Below are positions 27,580 to 37,211 of a stretch of DNA of 64,000 bases, piece after piece. Both the position numbers and the translations under genes were made by a program. Source of the DNA: Dehalococcoidia bacterium (GTDB lineage Bacteria > Chloroflexota > Dehalococcoidia > Lucifugimonadales > Australimonadaceae); assembly GCA_965261385.1 (NCBI GenBank), contig CBDHDB010000002.1:1850314-1914313 (forward strand). Direction: 5' to 3'. The notes under the pieces are model-generated. The model was not told where the DNA came from. It worked only from the letters and a program-made list of their open reading frames with translations, and searched no databases. The stretch's first letter is position 1. Each line of letters starts with the position of its first letter.

Positions 27580-27760
27580 CCCACGAGGGTAGCACAGGCC
27601 GAGAGGCGGCTGATAGAATCGCGTCGCCCCCCGACGCGCTAGCCGCGGTTTGGCGTGGGGCCTGACGGCCCCCTCACGGCCTCCCCCGCCGACGGGGAGA
27701 GATTCGGAGCAATGGAGGAAGAGGCGCCGGAATGACGAGAAGAGGCGCCGGAAAGCGTAC

Positions 27761-28549
27761 ATGAGCGAACTTATCGACAAGCTGGAGCGCGCAGCCAAAG
27801 GAGCGGCGCAGCCTCTGGGTTTCGGCGGCGCCGCCAAGCGTGAGCGCATCGCCCCCATCCTCATCCTCGGCGGCGTTGACGCCGGTGACGCAGCCCAAGC
27901 AAAGACCGTTGTCGAGGCCGAGCTAGACGCCGTTATCGTCTCGGCCCGCGAGGGCGCAAAGAAGGCCGACGTGGACAAGTCGGCCAAGGCGCTGAAGGGC
28001 GTCACCTGCGGCGTCTGGTTCGACGAGGGGCAGGCCTCGGACACGGACGGCGCCGACTTCCAGATATTCTCGTCTGCCGCCACCCCCATCGGCGCCCTCG
28101 CCGGCGAGAAGCGCACCACCGTCATGCAAGTCGCCCCCGAGCTCGACGACAGCCTCCTGCGAACGATCGACATGCTGCCGGTCGACGCGTTCTTCGTGTC
28201 GCTGGCGGACGCGGACTCGCTCACCATCAGCCAGCTCATGCGGCTGGGCCGGGTGCGAGGGGTCACTTCCCGATGGCTCATCGCCTATCTCCCGGCGCTG
28301 CCCTCGAAGGAGGAAGCGGAGCAGCTGCGCGACGTAGGCGTCGCGGCCATCGCCGTGAGCGCGAAAGACCTCACTGCCGAAGCGTTCAAGGCGACCCGCG
28401 AGATGCTGCTGGACCTCCCCCGCGAGTCGGCCAAGAAGAAACAGCGAGAGCGAGGCTCGGTCACTCTCCCCAGGCAATCGAGCACGTCCGCTGCATCCGC
28501 CCCGCCCCCGGAGCCCGACGACGACGATGACGACTGGGACGACGAATAG
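27761..28549 (+). CDS. hypothetical protein with poly-Asp C-terminus
   Basis: ATG 27761 (MSELIDKLERAAKG...) with alternating alpha/beta-like hydrophobic pattern. It ends PPPEPDDDDDDWDDE. Confidence 0.6.
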   Translation: MSELIDKLERAAKGAAQPLGFGGAAKRERIAPILILGGVDAGDAAQAKTVVEAELDAVIVSAREGAKKADVDKSAKALKGVTCGVWFDEGQASDTDGADFQIFSSAATPIGALAGEKRTTVMQVAPELDDSLLRTIDMLPVDAFFVSLADADSLTISQLMRLGRVRGVTSRWLIAYLPALPSKEEAEQLRDVGVAAIAVSAKDLTAEAFKATREMLLDLPRESAKKKQRERGSVTLPRQSSTSAASAPPPEPDDDDDDWDDE

Positions 28550-28589
28550 CCAGCGACCGCTGCGACGGCCACCGGCGTAGCTCCCCCTA

Positions 28590-29276
28590 ATGCTCCTCGC
28601 CCAAAGCGACCTCCTGCTCGACGACCCCTTCGCCTTCTTCGTGCTAATCCTGGCGGTGGCTGTTTCGCTCCTGATCAGCATCACTTTCCATGAAGCCGCC
28701 CACGCCTACTCCGCCAACAAGCTCGGCGACCCCACCGCCGCGCGCCTGGGACGCATCACCCTCAACCCCAAGGCCCACCTCGACCCAACGGGCACGGTGA
28801 TGCTGCTGGTGGCCGGTTTCGGCTGGGGCAAGCCAGTGCCCGTGAACCCCCTCCGACTTTGGAACGGCCGCCGCGGCGTCGCCATCGTCTCGGCGGCCGG
28901 CCCCGCGACGAACCTTCTCCTTGCCCTGGCGTTCGCGTCGCTCTTCCAGGTCGGTCTGCTGGAGGCAGGCGACTTCTCCCGGGCCGACCTGCGGACTCTC
29001 GACCCCGGAGCGTGGCTGAACATCATCGCGACCTACAGCGTCTTTCTGAACCTGATCCTTGCCGCGTTCAACCTGCTGCCGCTGCCTCCCCTGGACGGCG
29101 GCGGCGTCCTGGCGGGCGTCGTCCCACGCGAGTGGCTCCCCGCCGTAGCTTGGCTTCAGCGCGTCGGCCCCATCGTCCTCATAGCCGTCATCGGACTCTC
29201 CATCCTGACGGACCTCAACCCCCTGGGGTTCCTCTTCGGCCCGGTCATCGATTTCGCAGGTTTCTTGATGGCGTAG
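28590..29276 (+). CDS. site-2 protease (peptidase M50) family protein
   Basis: FHEAAHAYSA (HExxH), LGRITLNPKAHLDPTGT and NLLPLPPLDGG. Confidence 0.85.
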   Translation: MLLAQSDLLLDDPFAFFVLILAVAVSLLISITFHEAAHAYSANKLGDPTAARLGRITLNPKAHLDPTGTVMLLVAGFGWGKPVPVNPLRLWNGRRGVAIVSAAGPATNLLLALAFASLFQVGLLEAGDFSRADLRTLDPGAWLNIIATYSVFLNLILAAFNLLPLPPLDGGGVLAGVVPREWLPAVAWLQRVGPIVLIAVIGLSILTDLNPLGFLFGPVIDFAGFLMA

Positions 29277-29369
29277 GGTGTCGAGGACCGGAGTCGCCAT
29301 CACGGTGGCTGGACAACTATGTAGCAGCCCTGCAGCGTAACTTACTACCCAGAGGCCGGAGGAATCCGC

Positions 29370-30158
29370 ATGACGGAGTCAACTAGAGACAGCGGAAGTG
29401 AAGAGCACGGCTCTCGCCTGTTACGGGCAATCGAAGTCGTCGCAATTTCACCTGAAGATGCCCAACTGATTGCTAAGCAGTATCTTGACCAGAGCAAGCA
29501 TCGGTTCCCTAGCGACGAGTACTGGAGCCATCAGTTACGAGCAGCCGACAAAATCATCGGTCGGTATTCAAGATTGGCGACGATGGTGGGAACCGCTTCA
29601 GGGTTACCGGGGATCATTCCCGGTTTGGGAACCGCAGTCGCAATAGTGGGAGGGGGAACAGCTGACTACCTAATCTGCATGAAACTCCAGGTTGACATGT
29701 GCATGTGCCTAGCGGCGGCATTCGATTACGACATTACGTCAGAAGACGGGAAGCATCTCATCTTCCTCATCGCAGCGACCGGAGCTGCTCAACATGCGGG
29801 AGTCGAAACAGGTGCCCAGATTGGCTCCAAAGCTGGGGTCCGCATGATTCACCAGTACCTCAAGGGCCCTGCACTAACGGCGGCTAAGCAAGCATTCAGA
29901 ACGGTCGGAATCACCTTTACGCGGAAATCCTTGGTCAAGGTCATCCCCTTTGGGGTAGGAGCGGGCATCGGAGGCGCAAGCAACTATTTGCTAACTCGGT
30001 ACGTAGGCCATCAGGCTAAGGAGTGGTTCATCATTGACCAAACTGATGGACCCGGCGATGGTGCGGATGACAATCCGGAGGACAGCCCTATACCCTCTCC
30101 CACAGCCGATGGAACCGGCTACGCCGCCAAGCCATCCGCGCCGCCGGGCACGGCCTAG
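29370..30158 (+). CDS. EcsC family protein
   Basis: GTASGLPGIIPGLGTAVAIVGGGTADYLICMKLQVDMCMCLAAAFDYD matches the EcsC pattern. G+C is low (29521-29580 = 30/60 by my count). Confidence 0.65.
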   Translation: MTESTRDSGSEEHGSRLLRAIEVVAISPEDAQLIAKQYLDQSKHRFPSDEYWSHQLRAADKIIGRYSRLATMVGTASGLPGIIPGLGTAVAIVGGGTADYLICMKLQVDMCMCLAAAFDYDITSEDGKHLIFLIAATGAAQHAGVETGAQIGSKAGVRMIHQYLKGPALTAAKQAFRTVGITFTRKSLVKVIPFGVGAGIGGASNYLLTRYVGHQAKEWFIIDQTDGPGDGADDNPEDSPIPSPTADGTGYAAKPSAPPGTA

Positions 30159-30205
30159 GATCCCCCCTCAACCCTCCCCCTCAGACGAGAGAGGAGCGAG
30201 AACCC

Positions 30206-30370
30206 CTACCGCTGCGCCTTCTCCGAGTGAATCTCGTCCATCAGCATCCGCTTCGCCGACTCGGCGATGCGTGTAATCTGGTTCGCGGTGAGCTTGGGGC
30301 CCATAACCTCGCGCTCGTACGCGACGATGACGTTGATGAGCGTTCGATCGTTGGGTGTGTTGAGCGCCAT
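30206..30370 (-). CDS. small hypothetical protein (54 aa, below track cutoff)
   Basis: ATG 30370 gives MALNTPNDRTLINVIVAYEREVMGPKLTANQITRIAESAKRMLMDEIHSEKAQR*. Third-position G+C is high and typical of coding sequence here. Confidence 0.35.
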   Translation of the reverse strand: MALNTPNDRTLINVIVAYEREVMGPKLTANQITRIAESAKRMLMDEIHSEKAQR

Positions 30371-30399
30371 ACCAAAGACCTCTGGAGGGATGCCGAGGA

Positions 30400-30750
30400 A
30401 TGATAGCGCACGGACACATCATCCACGTCGCAACCCCGGACGCCTGGCTGCGGGACCGCCACGCGCTGTTCTATGAGCCGGACTCCCTCGAGTCCGAGGG
30501 CTTCATCCACAACTGCCGCTCTGACCAGCTGCGCGGCGTGCTTGGACGGCACTTCGCGGGCCACCGCGCGCTCGTCCTCCTCGTCATCGACCCGACGAAA
30601 CTGACCTCCGAGTTGCGCGTCGAGGAATCGCGCCCCGGCGACTGGTATCCCCACGTCTACGGTCCGATCGACCGGATAGCCGTCGTCAGCGTGTTCCCCA
30701 TCGAGGCCGACACCACCGGCGCCTTCATCCTCCCCGACGGCCTCGGTTAG
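30400..30750 (+). CDS. DUF952 domain protein
   Basis: SLESEGFIHNCRSDQL...LLVID...YPHVYGPI pattern. Confidence 0.85.
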   Translation: MIAHGHIIHVATPDAWLRDRHALFYEPDSLESEGFIHNCRSDQLRGVLGRHFAGHRALVLLVIDPTKLTSELRVEESRPGDWYPHVYGPIDRIAVVSVFPIEADTTGAFILPDGLG

Positions 30751-30873
30751 CCTGCCCGGCGGCCGCCCGGTGGCCACCGCCCGCTGCTCCGCGCCGTGCG
30801 CCAGAGCCGTCTCAGCGGGAGAGCGAGTCGGCGACCGGTGGTACAATCCGCCGACACCCCTGCGGAGGCGTCT

Positions 30874-32151
30874 ATGCAAGCGGTAGTCCAGCGACCCAAA
30901 CGCCTCGTTGGCGACATCACGCCGCCCGGCGACAAGTCCATCTCACACCGCTCGGCGATCTTCAACGCTATCGCTCACGGCGAGGCTCGCGTCGAGAACT
31001 ACGGGACCGGCGCGGACTTGGCGTCTACCCTTCGCGTCCTGCGCGGCCTCGGCACGGAAATCGAGCGCAGCGGCGGCTCGCTCATCGTCCGGGGCGGCGC
31101 CCTCTCAGAGCCCGCCGACGCTCTGAACACCGGCAACAGCGGCACGACCACCCGCCTGATGGCCGGCGTGCTCGCGGGTCAGCCCTTTATGTCCGTGATG
31201 ACCGGCGACAAGTCCATCAGGTCGCGCCCGATGGCCCGTATCACTGAACCCCTCCGCCAGATGGGCGCGCAGGTGGACGGACGGGACAACGGCAAGCTCG
31301 CCCCGCTCGTCTTTCGAGGCGGCGCCCTTCACGGCATCCGCTACCGCATGCCCGTCGCGTCGGCCCAGGTGAAGAGCTCGCTGATGCTCGCCGGCCTGTT
31401 CGCGGACGGCGAGACGGTCCTCGAGCAGCCGGCGCTCTCCCGCGACCACACCGAGCTCATGTTCCGCGCGATGGGCGTCGACGTGATCGAGGACGGGCTC
31501 ACGCTCACGCTCCGGCCCGGCCCGCTCTCCGCACTCGACGTGACCGTGCCCGCCGACATCAGCTCCGCGGCCTACTGGCTCGTCGCAGGCGTCTGTCACC
31601 CTGACGCGGAGGTGCGGGTCCGTAACGTCGGCGTCAACCCCACCCGCACCGGCGTCATCGACGCCCTCCGCATGATGGGGGGCGACGTGACCTTCGAGAA
31701 CGAGCGCAGCGAAGGCGGCGAGCCTGTCGCCGATATCGTCGCCCGTTCCAGCGGCCTGCGCGCGACCGAGATTTCCGGCGACCTCATTCCCCGCCTCGTT
31801 GACGAAGTCCCCGTATTGGCGCTCGCTGCCTGCTTCGCCTCCGGCACGACGGTCATCCGGGACGCCGCCGAGCTCCGCACGAAGGAGTCCGACCGCCTCA
31901 TGGCCTCGCGCGTCGAGCTGTCGCGGCTCGGGGCCGACGTGGAGGAGATGGAAGAAGGCCTGCGCATCACGGGCGGGCGGGCGCTGACGGGCGCGACCCA
32001 CAGGACCTACGCCGACCACCGCATCGCGATGACCCTCGGCGCGGCAGGGCTGCTCGCCGGAGGCTCGACGACAATCCGCGCCGCCGAGACGGCCGCCGTC
32101 TCCTACCCCTCCTTCTGGGAAGACCTCGAATCGATGCGGAACGAGGCCTAG
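30874..32151 (+). CDS. aroA: 3-phosphoshikimate 1-carboxyvinyltransferase (EPSP synthase)
   Basis: PPGDKSISHRSAIF...NSGTTTRLMAGVLA...ELRTKESDRL. ATG 30874 is preceded by GGAGG. Confidence 0.9.
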   Translation: MQAVVQRPKRLVGDITPPGDKSISHRSAIFNAIAHGEARVENYGTGADLASTLRVLRGLGTEIERSGGSLIVRGGALSEPADALNTGNSGTTTRLMAGVLAGQPFMSVMTGDKSIRSRPMARITEPLRQMGAQVDGRDNGKLAPLVFRGGALHGIRYRMPVASAQVKSSLMLAGLFADGETVLEQPALSRDHTELMFRAMGVDVIEDGLTLTLRPGPLSALDVTVPADISSAAYWLVAGVCHPDAEVRVRNVGVNPTRTGVIDALRMMGGDVTFENERSEGGEPVADIVARSSGLRATEISGDLIPRLVDEVPVLALAACFASGTTVIRDAAELRTKESDRLMASRVELSRLGADVEEMEEGLRITGGRALTGATHRTYADHRIAMTLGAAGLLAGGSTTIRAAETAAVSYPSFWEDLESMRNEA

Positions 32152-32152
32152 G

Positions 32153-32752
32153 TTGGAGAAGCGGAACCCGCTCCTCGTGGTCGTGTCCGGGCCGTCCGGC
32201 GTCGGCAAGGACGCGGTCCTCGCCCGCCTCCGCGAGCTTCACCCTGGCCTCTTCTTCGCCGTCACCGCCACCACCCGCCCCATGCGGAAGGGCGAGACGG
32301 ACGGCGTCGATTACATCTTCCTCAGCCACGCCCGTTTCGACTCGCTCCTCGAGCGGGACGAGTTCCTCGAACACGCGGAGGTCTACGGCAATCGCTACGG
32401 CGTGCCGAAAGAGCAGATCAGGAATGCGCTCGCTGAGGGCAAGGACGCCTTCGTCAAGATTGACGTGCAAGGCGCCGCCACCATACGGGCCCTCGCCCCC
32501 GACGCGCTCCTCGTCTTCATCGCGCCCCCTTCGATGCCGGAGCTGGAGCGCAGGCTCCGCGACCGTAAGACCGAGTCGCCCGAGCAGATGACCCTCCGCA
32601 TCGAGACCGCCTCACGTGAGATGAAAGAGGCGGACTGGTTCGATGCGGTCGTCGTCAACGAGACCGGCGCGCTCGACGAGACCGTTGAAGCGATCCTCCG
32701 CGTCGTCGACGAACAACGCGAACGCGTCCCCGCCCGTACAGTAACCATCTAG
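32153..32752 (+). CDS. gmk: guanylate kinase
   Basis: GPSGVGKDAV P-loop and FLEHAEVYGNRYGVP. Confidence 0.9.
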   Translation: MEKRNPLLVVVSGPSGVGKDAVLARLRELHPGLFFAVTATTRPMRKGETDGVDYIFLSHARFDSLLERDEFLEHAEVYGNRYGVPKEQIRNALAEGKDAFVKIDVQGAATIRALAPDALLVFIAPPSMPELERRLRDRKTESPEQMTLRIETASREMKEADWFDAVVVNETGALDETVEAILRVVDEQRERVPARTVTI

Positions 32753-32788
32753 GAAACGCCCTAAGCGACGACCGCGAGGAGAACCAAC

Positions 32789-33082
32789 ATGGGTGAATGG
32801 AATTTCGCGCCGGGAGTCATCGCTACCTACATCATCGCCGTAGCGGGAGGCGTGCTGCTCGCATACCTGCTTCGCTCCCTTCCCTCTTCCAAGCGCCCCA
32901 GGCTCTTCGTCAGTCTCATCAAGGAGAACTACGGGCCGTGGCAGTGGCAAGCCAAGTTCCACAACGAGGGGGAGGAGGAGATTATGGCAAGCGGCAAGGT
33001 GCGCGGCTACAGCTCCGCTACCGAAGCCCTCTCCGACGCCCGCCGGACCTTCAGGGCGCAGGCCGTCTTTGAGGGCGACTAA
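32789..33082 (+). CDS. hypothetical membrane-anchored small protein
   Basis: 97-aa ORF with one N-terminal TM segment (VIATYIIAVAGGVLLAYLL). Confidence 0.5.
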   Translation: MGEWNFAPGVIATYIIAVAGGVLLAYLLRSLPSSKRPRLFVSLIKENYGPWQWQAKFHNEGEEEIMASGKVRGYSSATEALSDARRTFRAQAVFEGD

Positions 33083-33163
33083 CGGAATCACCCGACCGGT
33101 GTTCCCCTCAATGCGCCAAGCCCGGCGCGCTCGCCCCTCTCTACCTGAGCCCGCTCGCTAACG

Positions 33164-33784
33164 CTAGATAGCGTAGATCTCCATGCCCAGGGAGTGCTCG
33201 CCGGGGCCGCTGGAGCGGCCGGGACAGGCGGAGACGGCCACAATGCAGTCCATCAGCGCCAGCATGTCGATGTAGTCGCCCGCCTTCACGTCGAACGGCT
33301 CCTCCCAGAACGTCCGTTGGTCCCCGTCGATTCCCGTGCGCATGAAGATGTTGAACGAGTCGTGGACATAGTTGCCGTTCAGCCCAAAAGGCTCGATGGC
33401 CCTAGCGAGAATCTCCTGGCAACCGGGCGAGTCGACGCCGTAGCGCTCGATCCGGCTCGTAGCGCAGCAACGGCCGCTGAGCATGTCGTGCGTCTCGGCG
33501 CCGCTGGGCGACGGCTGATGCACGACAGTGTCCTCGACGATCCTGAGCATTGGACGTTCCCACGGAGGCCGCGTCCAGAGGGTCGTGCCGGTCGTCGGAT
33601 GGATGGTCTCGCGTCGGCGCGTCACGGACGAGCCCAGGTGCTCCCAAGGGTCGTGCAAGTTGAAGGCGTTGAAGTCGATGACCTGCGGGCCTTCCGGCTG
33701 CGTGAGGCGGAGGACCTGGCCTTCGCCCAGCGCCAGCGCAAGACCGTCGTGTTTCCTGACGATGCGGCTTTCGAGCAGTCTCAC
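33164..33784 (-). CDS. DUF1989 (urea-carboxylase-associated-like) family protein
   Basis: VIDFNAFNLHD...HDMLSGRC...NIFM...GDYIDMLALMDCIVAVSACP pattern. Confidence 0.75.
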   Translation of the reverse strand: MRLLESRIVRKHDGLALALGEGQVLRLTQPEGPQVIDFNAFNLHDPWEHLGSSVTRRRETIHPTTGTTLWTRPPWERPMLRIVEDTVVHQPSPSGAETHDMLSGRCCATSRIERYGVDSPGCQEILARAIEPFGLNGNYVHDSFNIFMRTGIDGDQRTFWEEPFDVKAGDYIDMLALMDCIVAVSACPGRSSGPGEHSLGMEIYAI

Positions 33785-33785
33785 G

Positions 33786-35111
33786 CTACGCCTCCTCGTA
33801 GAGCCGTTTGCGGCTTAGCGAGCGCTGGAGCGCTAGGTATTCGTCCTTCGAGAGCAATGGCGTGGCCCCGGCGATGACGCCGTCGGCAGCCCCACCCTCC
33901 GAGAGCAGGTCGAGCATGGTGAGGACGGTGGCCAGCGCCGGATTGGCGACAGCTTGGGCGTAGTCCGCAATAAGGAAATCGACGCCGTGCGCCGTGCCGG
34001 TCGCGCCTCTTGCGTAGGGCTGGATGGTCGGCATGAGGTGGCTCAGATCGCCCATATCGGTGGACGAGCCGCGCGGTCCCGCCTTCGTTACGTTGTCCTC
34101 GCCGACCACCTGCGCGGCATTATTGCGATATACGGCAGACAGCGCACTGTCGTTCTTCAGCGGCAGGTATGCCGAGAAGCTCGTGATTTCGACCTTGCCG
34201 CCCACTGCAAGCGCGCCGGCGCGCAGCGCCCGGTCGACCTTCCGGTCGGCGTCGGCAATCGCTTCGAGGTTGCGGCCGCGGACGAACATCTCCATCCGCA
34301 CCTCCGCCGGGACCGCGTTCACGACATCCCCTCCCCGCGTGATGATGGGGTGGACACGGATCGAGTCCTGGTCTTGGAACGTCTCCCGATTGGCATTAAT
34401 CGCAGCAATCGCGATTGTGGCCGCTTGGAGCGCGTTGATCCCACGATGCGGGGCAGAGCCCGCGTGGGCCTGCACGCCGAGGAATCGCGCCTCTTTGGCA
34501 AGCGCGCCGTTGTTGATCGAATCGACTGCCAAGAGCCCCTCCGTCGCATTGCTCGACGCGTGCGTGAGGATGGAGATGTCGACATCGTCAAACTCGCCGA
34601 GCCTCACGAGCTCGGCCTTGCCGCCCATGAACTCGAGCTTCCCCTCGTCGCGCAGCATCTGGCGGTGCTCAATCTCAATGAACTCTTCGGCGGGCACAGC
34701 CATGAAAGCGACATGGCCCTTGAGCGCATCCCTGACGTCCGGGTCGCTCAGGACCGCCGCAACGGTGAGCATCGTCCCAATCTGCGCGTGGTGACCGCAG
34801 GCATGCGCGAACGAGGTGTTCGGGTCGGCGAAGGGGTGTCCGGGGACGATGAGGGAGTCGAGCTCGCCCATGACGGCGACCCGCGGACCGTCTCCCGAGC
34901 CTGCGAGGTCAGCCCGCACGCCGGTGAGCGCAAGCCCATCGCGGTGGGGCAGTCCGATGCGGTCGAACCACTGGCGGACGAGACTCGCGGTGCGCTCCTC
35001 GCGGAACCCAGTCTCCGGATGCTCGTTGATGTCTCGGGCCACGTCAATGGCGGCCGGCGCGTGCTGCTCGACGAGCTCGCGCACCCGCTGTCTGACCTGT
35101 GCCATGTCCAT
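33786..35111 (-). CDS. M20 family amidohydrolase (AbgB/hippurate-hydrolase-like)
   Basis: ACGHHAQIG, and HPETGFREERTA near the N-terminus. Its stop is 1 nt before the DUF1989 gene start. Confidence 0.85.
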   Translation of the reverse strand: MDMAQVRQRVRELVEQHAPAAIDVARDINEHPETGFREERTASLVRQWFDRIGLPHRDGLALTGVRADLAGSGDGPRVAVMGELDSLIVPGHPFADPNTSFAHACGHHAQIGTMLTVAAVLSDPDVRDALKGHVAFMAVPAEEFIEIEHRQMLRDEGKLEFMGGKAELVRLGEFDDVDISILTHASSNATEGLLAVDSINNGALAKEARFLGVQAHAGSAPHRGINALQAATIAIAAINANRETFQDQDSIRVHPIITRGGDVVNAVPAEVRMEMFVRGRNLEAIADADRKVDRALRAGALAVGGKVEITSFSAYLPLKNDSALSAVYRNNAAQVVGEDNVTKAGPRGSSTDMGDLSHLMPTIQPYARGATGTAHGVDFLIADYAQAVANPALATVLTMLDLLSEGGAADGVIAGATPLLSKDEYLALQRSLSRKRLYEEA

Positions 35112-35269
35112 GGGCGCTCTCCTTCCGGAGAATGAATCGTACCACTCCGGCCTATACTGGGCGGCGGTCGCGCCAGACGGCCCGGCCTAGTCCAGAGAGG
35201 AGGCCCCTGGATGGCCACTTCATCTCCCTGCGCAATCCCCAAGCGCCTAGCGGGCTTCTTGGCGGACTG

Positions 35270-36394
35270 ATGCGCATCCTAGCCGCGCCACAAGGATTCA
35301 AGGGCACCCTCACCGGAGTAGAGGCCGCCCGAGCCGTCGCGGAAGGAGCCCGGCGCGTTTTCCCCGACGCGGAGGTCGTCGAGATGCCGGTCGCCGACGG
35401 CGGCCACGGAACGCTCGACGCCATGCTCGCGGCGGCGGACGGCGAGCGCCGCTCCGCCCGCGTCCTCGGCCCCCTCAGCGAAGCGGTCGAGGCGGGCTGG
35501 GGCCTCTTGCCCGGCAACATCGCAGTGATCGAGATGGCGCAGGCGTCGGGCCTGACGCTCGTGCCGGAGGCCCGCCACGATCCGATGCAAGCCACGACCT
35601 ACGGCGTCGGCCAGCTCATCGCAGCGGCGCTGGACGAGGGCGTGAGCCGCGTCATCGTCGGAGTGGGCGGCAGCGCAACCAACGACGGCGGCGCCGGAGC
35701 AGCGCAGGCGCTCGGCGTGCGGCTGCTCGACGCGGAGGGCCGCGACATACCCCTCGGCGCGGAGGGTCTCCTATCGCTGGCCTCCATCGATATCGCGGAC
35801 CGGCGCCCTGCGCTCGGACGAGTCGCGCTGGAGGTTGCAGCCGACGTCTCCAACCCCCTGACCGGACCGACGGGCGCGGCGATGACCTACGGCCTGCAGA
35901 AGGGGGCGTCGCCGAGTCAGCTCCTTGTGCTCGACGCGGCGCTGGGCAGGATGGCGGATGTCGTCGAGCGGGAACTGGGGCTGCAGTTGCGAGACGTTCC
36001 GGGGATGGGCGCGGCCGGCGGCCTGTCGGCGGGACTCGTGGCGTTGGCTGGCGCACGGCTGCTGCCGGGCGCAAAAGTGGTGCTCGACGCGCTGCGCTTC
36101 GACAGCTGCCTCGACGGCGTCAGCCTCGTCATCACCGGCGAGGGCCGTCTCGACTGGCAAACGGTCTACGACAAGGCTCCAATCGAGGTGGCGCGGCGGG
36201 CGCAGGCGCGCGGGATTCCTGCTCTCGCGGTAGCCGGTTCGCTCGGACGAGGCGCTGACGATGCGCTCGCTCATGGCATCGCGCTGGCGGAGGCCTGCTC
36301 CAAAGAAAACGACCCGCTGCCCGCAACCAGCGACGAGGCGGCAGCCAGGCTGGCGGATGCCGCCGAACGGGCCGTGCGGCGGTGGAGCGGCTAG
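35270..36394 (+). CDS. glycerate kinase
   Basis: MRILAAPQGFKGTLTGVEAA...MPVADGGHGTLDA...GGSATNDGGAGAAQALG...LVITGEGRLDWQT. Confidence 0.85.
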   Translation: MRILAAPQGFKGTLTGVEAARAVAEGARRVFPDAEVVEMPVADGGHGTLDAMLAAADGERRSARVLGPLSEAVEAGWGLLPGNIAVIEMAQASGLTLVPEARHDPMQATTYGVGQLIAAALDEGVSRVIVGVGGSATNDGGAGAAQALGVRLLDAEGRDIPLGAEGLLSLASIDIADRRPALGRVALEVAADVSNPLTGPTGAAMTYGLQKGASPSQLLVLDAALGRMADVVERELGLQLRDVPGMGAAGGLSAGLVALAGARLLPGAKVVLDALRFDSCLDGVSLVITGEGRLDWQTVYDKAPIEVARRAQARGIPALAVAGSLGRGADDALAHGIALAEACSKENDPLPATSDEAAARLADAAERAVRRWSG

Positions 36395-37140
36395 GAGACC
36401 TCTTTGCCACCGTTGACGGCGATGAGCTGGCCGGTGATGAAGTTGGCGTCGTCGGAGAAGAGGAAGGCCACCGTGCCCGTGAGGTCGGTGGGGACGCCTC
36501 GGCGGCCGAAGGCGCGGGACTCTTCGGGAGTGGCGTCGGCGCCTTCCAACGCAGGGTCCTGGTCGGTGCCGCCGGGGGCCAGCGTGTTCACGTTGATGTT
36601 GTACTCGCCCAGCTCGCGGCAGATAGCGCGGGTGAACGCCATCACGGCGCCCTTAGAGGCGACATAGTGGGGGTTGCTGTCGGTCACGTGGTTGGAGGTG
36701 CGGAGCATGGTGGTCGAGCCGACATTCAGAATCTTGCCACTGCGCTGCTCGCGCATGTAGGGAAAGACCGCGCGTGTGCAGAGGTAGGTGCCGCGCGCGT
36801 TGACGTTGAACACTTTGTCCCACCAGTCGGGGTCCACGTCCATCAGCGATGGGCCGGTGATGTTCCGCATGAGGCCGGCGTTGTTGAGCAGGCCGTCGAT
36901 GCGCCCGAAGCGGTCGAACGTCTGCTTGGCCAGGTTGGCCGTCTCTTCCACGCTGGAGACGTCCACGGTGAGCGGCAACACTTCGGCGCCCTCGGCCTCG
37001 CAGAGGGCCGCCGTCTCCGAGCAGTCGAGGACGTCGGCGACGGTGAGCTTCGCGCCCTCCTGAGCAAGCCGGACAGCATAGGCCTGGCCGAGGTGTCGGG
37101 CGGCGCCCGTTACGATGATGACCTTGCCTTCGAGACGCAT
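36391..37140 (-). CDS. SDR family oxidoreductase
   Basis: KVIIVTGAARHLG, YVASKGAV and NTLAPGG. Confidence 0.9.
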   Translation of the reverse strand: MRLEGKVIIVTGAARHLGQAYAVRLAQEGAKLTVADVLDCSETAALCEAEGAEVLPLTVDVSSVEETANLAKQTFDRFGRIDGLLNNAGLMRNITGPSLMDVDPDWWDKVFNVNARGTYLCTRAVFPYMREQRSGKILNVGSTTMLRTSNHVTDSNPHYVASKGAVMAFTRAICRELGEYNINVNTLAPGGTDQDPALEGADATPEESRAFGRRGVPTDLTGTVAFLFSDDANFITGQLIAVNGGKEVS

Positions 37141-37211
37141 GTCACGCCCCTTTCCTAGCTCTCAAGTCCTTCTCTCCACCGTCCGCGTGGAGAACTAGAG
37201 AGTGGACTCCC

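Noticed and set aside
26407-28281. 624-aa minus-strand ORF as one protein
   Set aside because: The part upstream of about 27579 is antisense to the better-looking plus-strand gene 27761-28549 and has no synthase motifs. I truncated it to the S4 and pseudouridine synthase domains.
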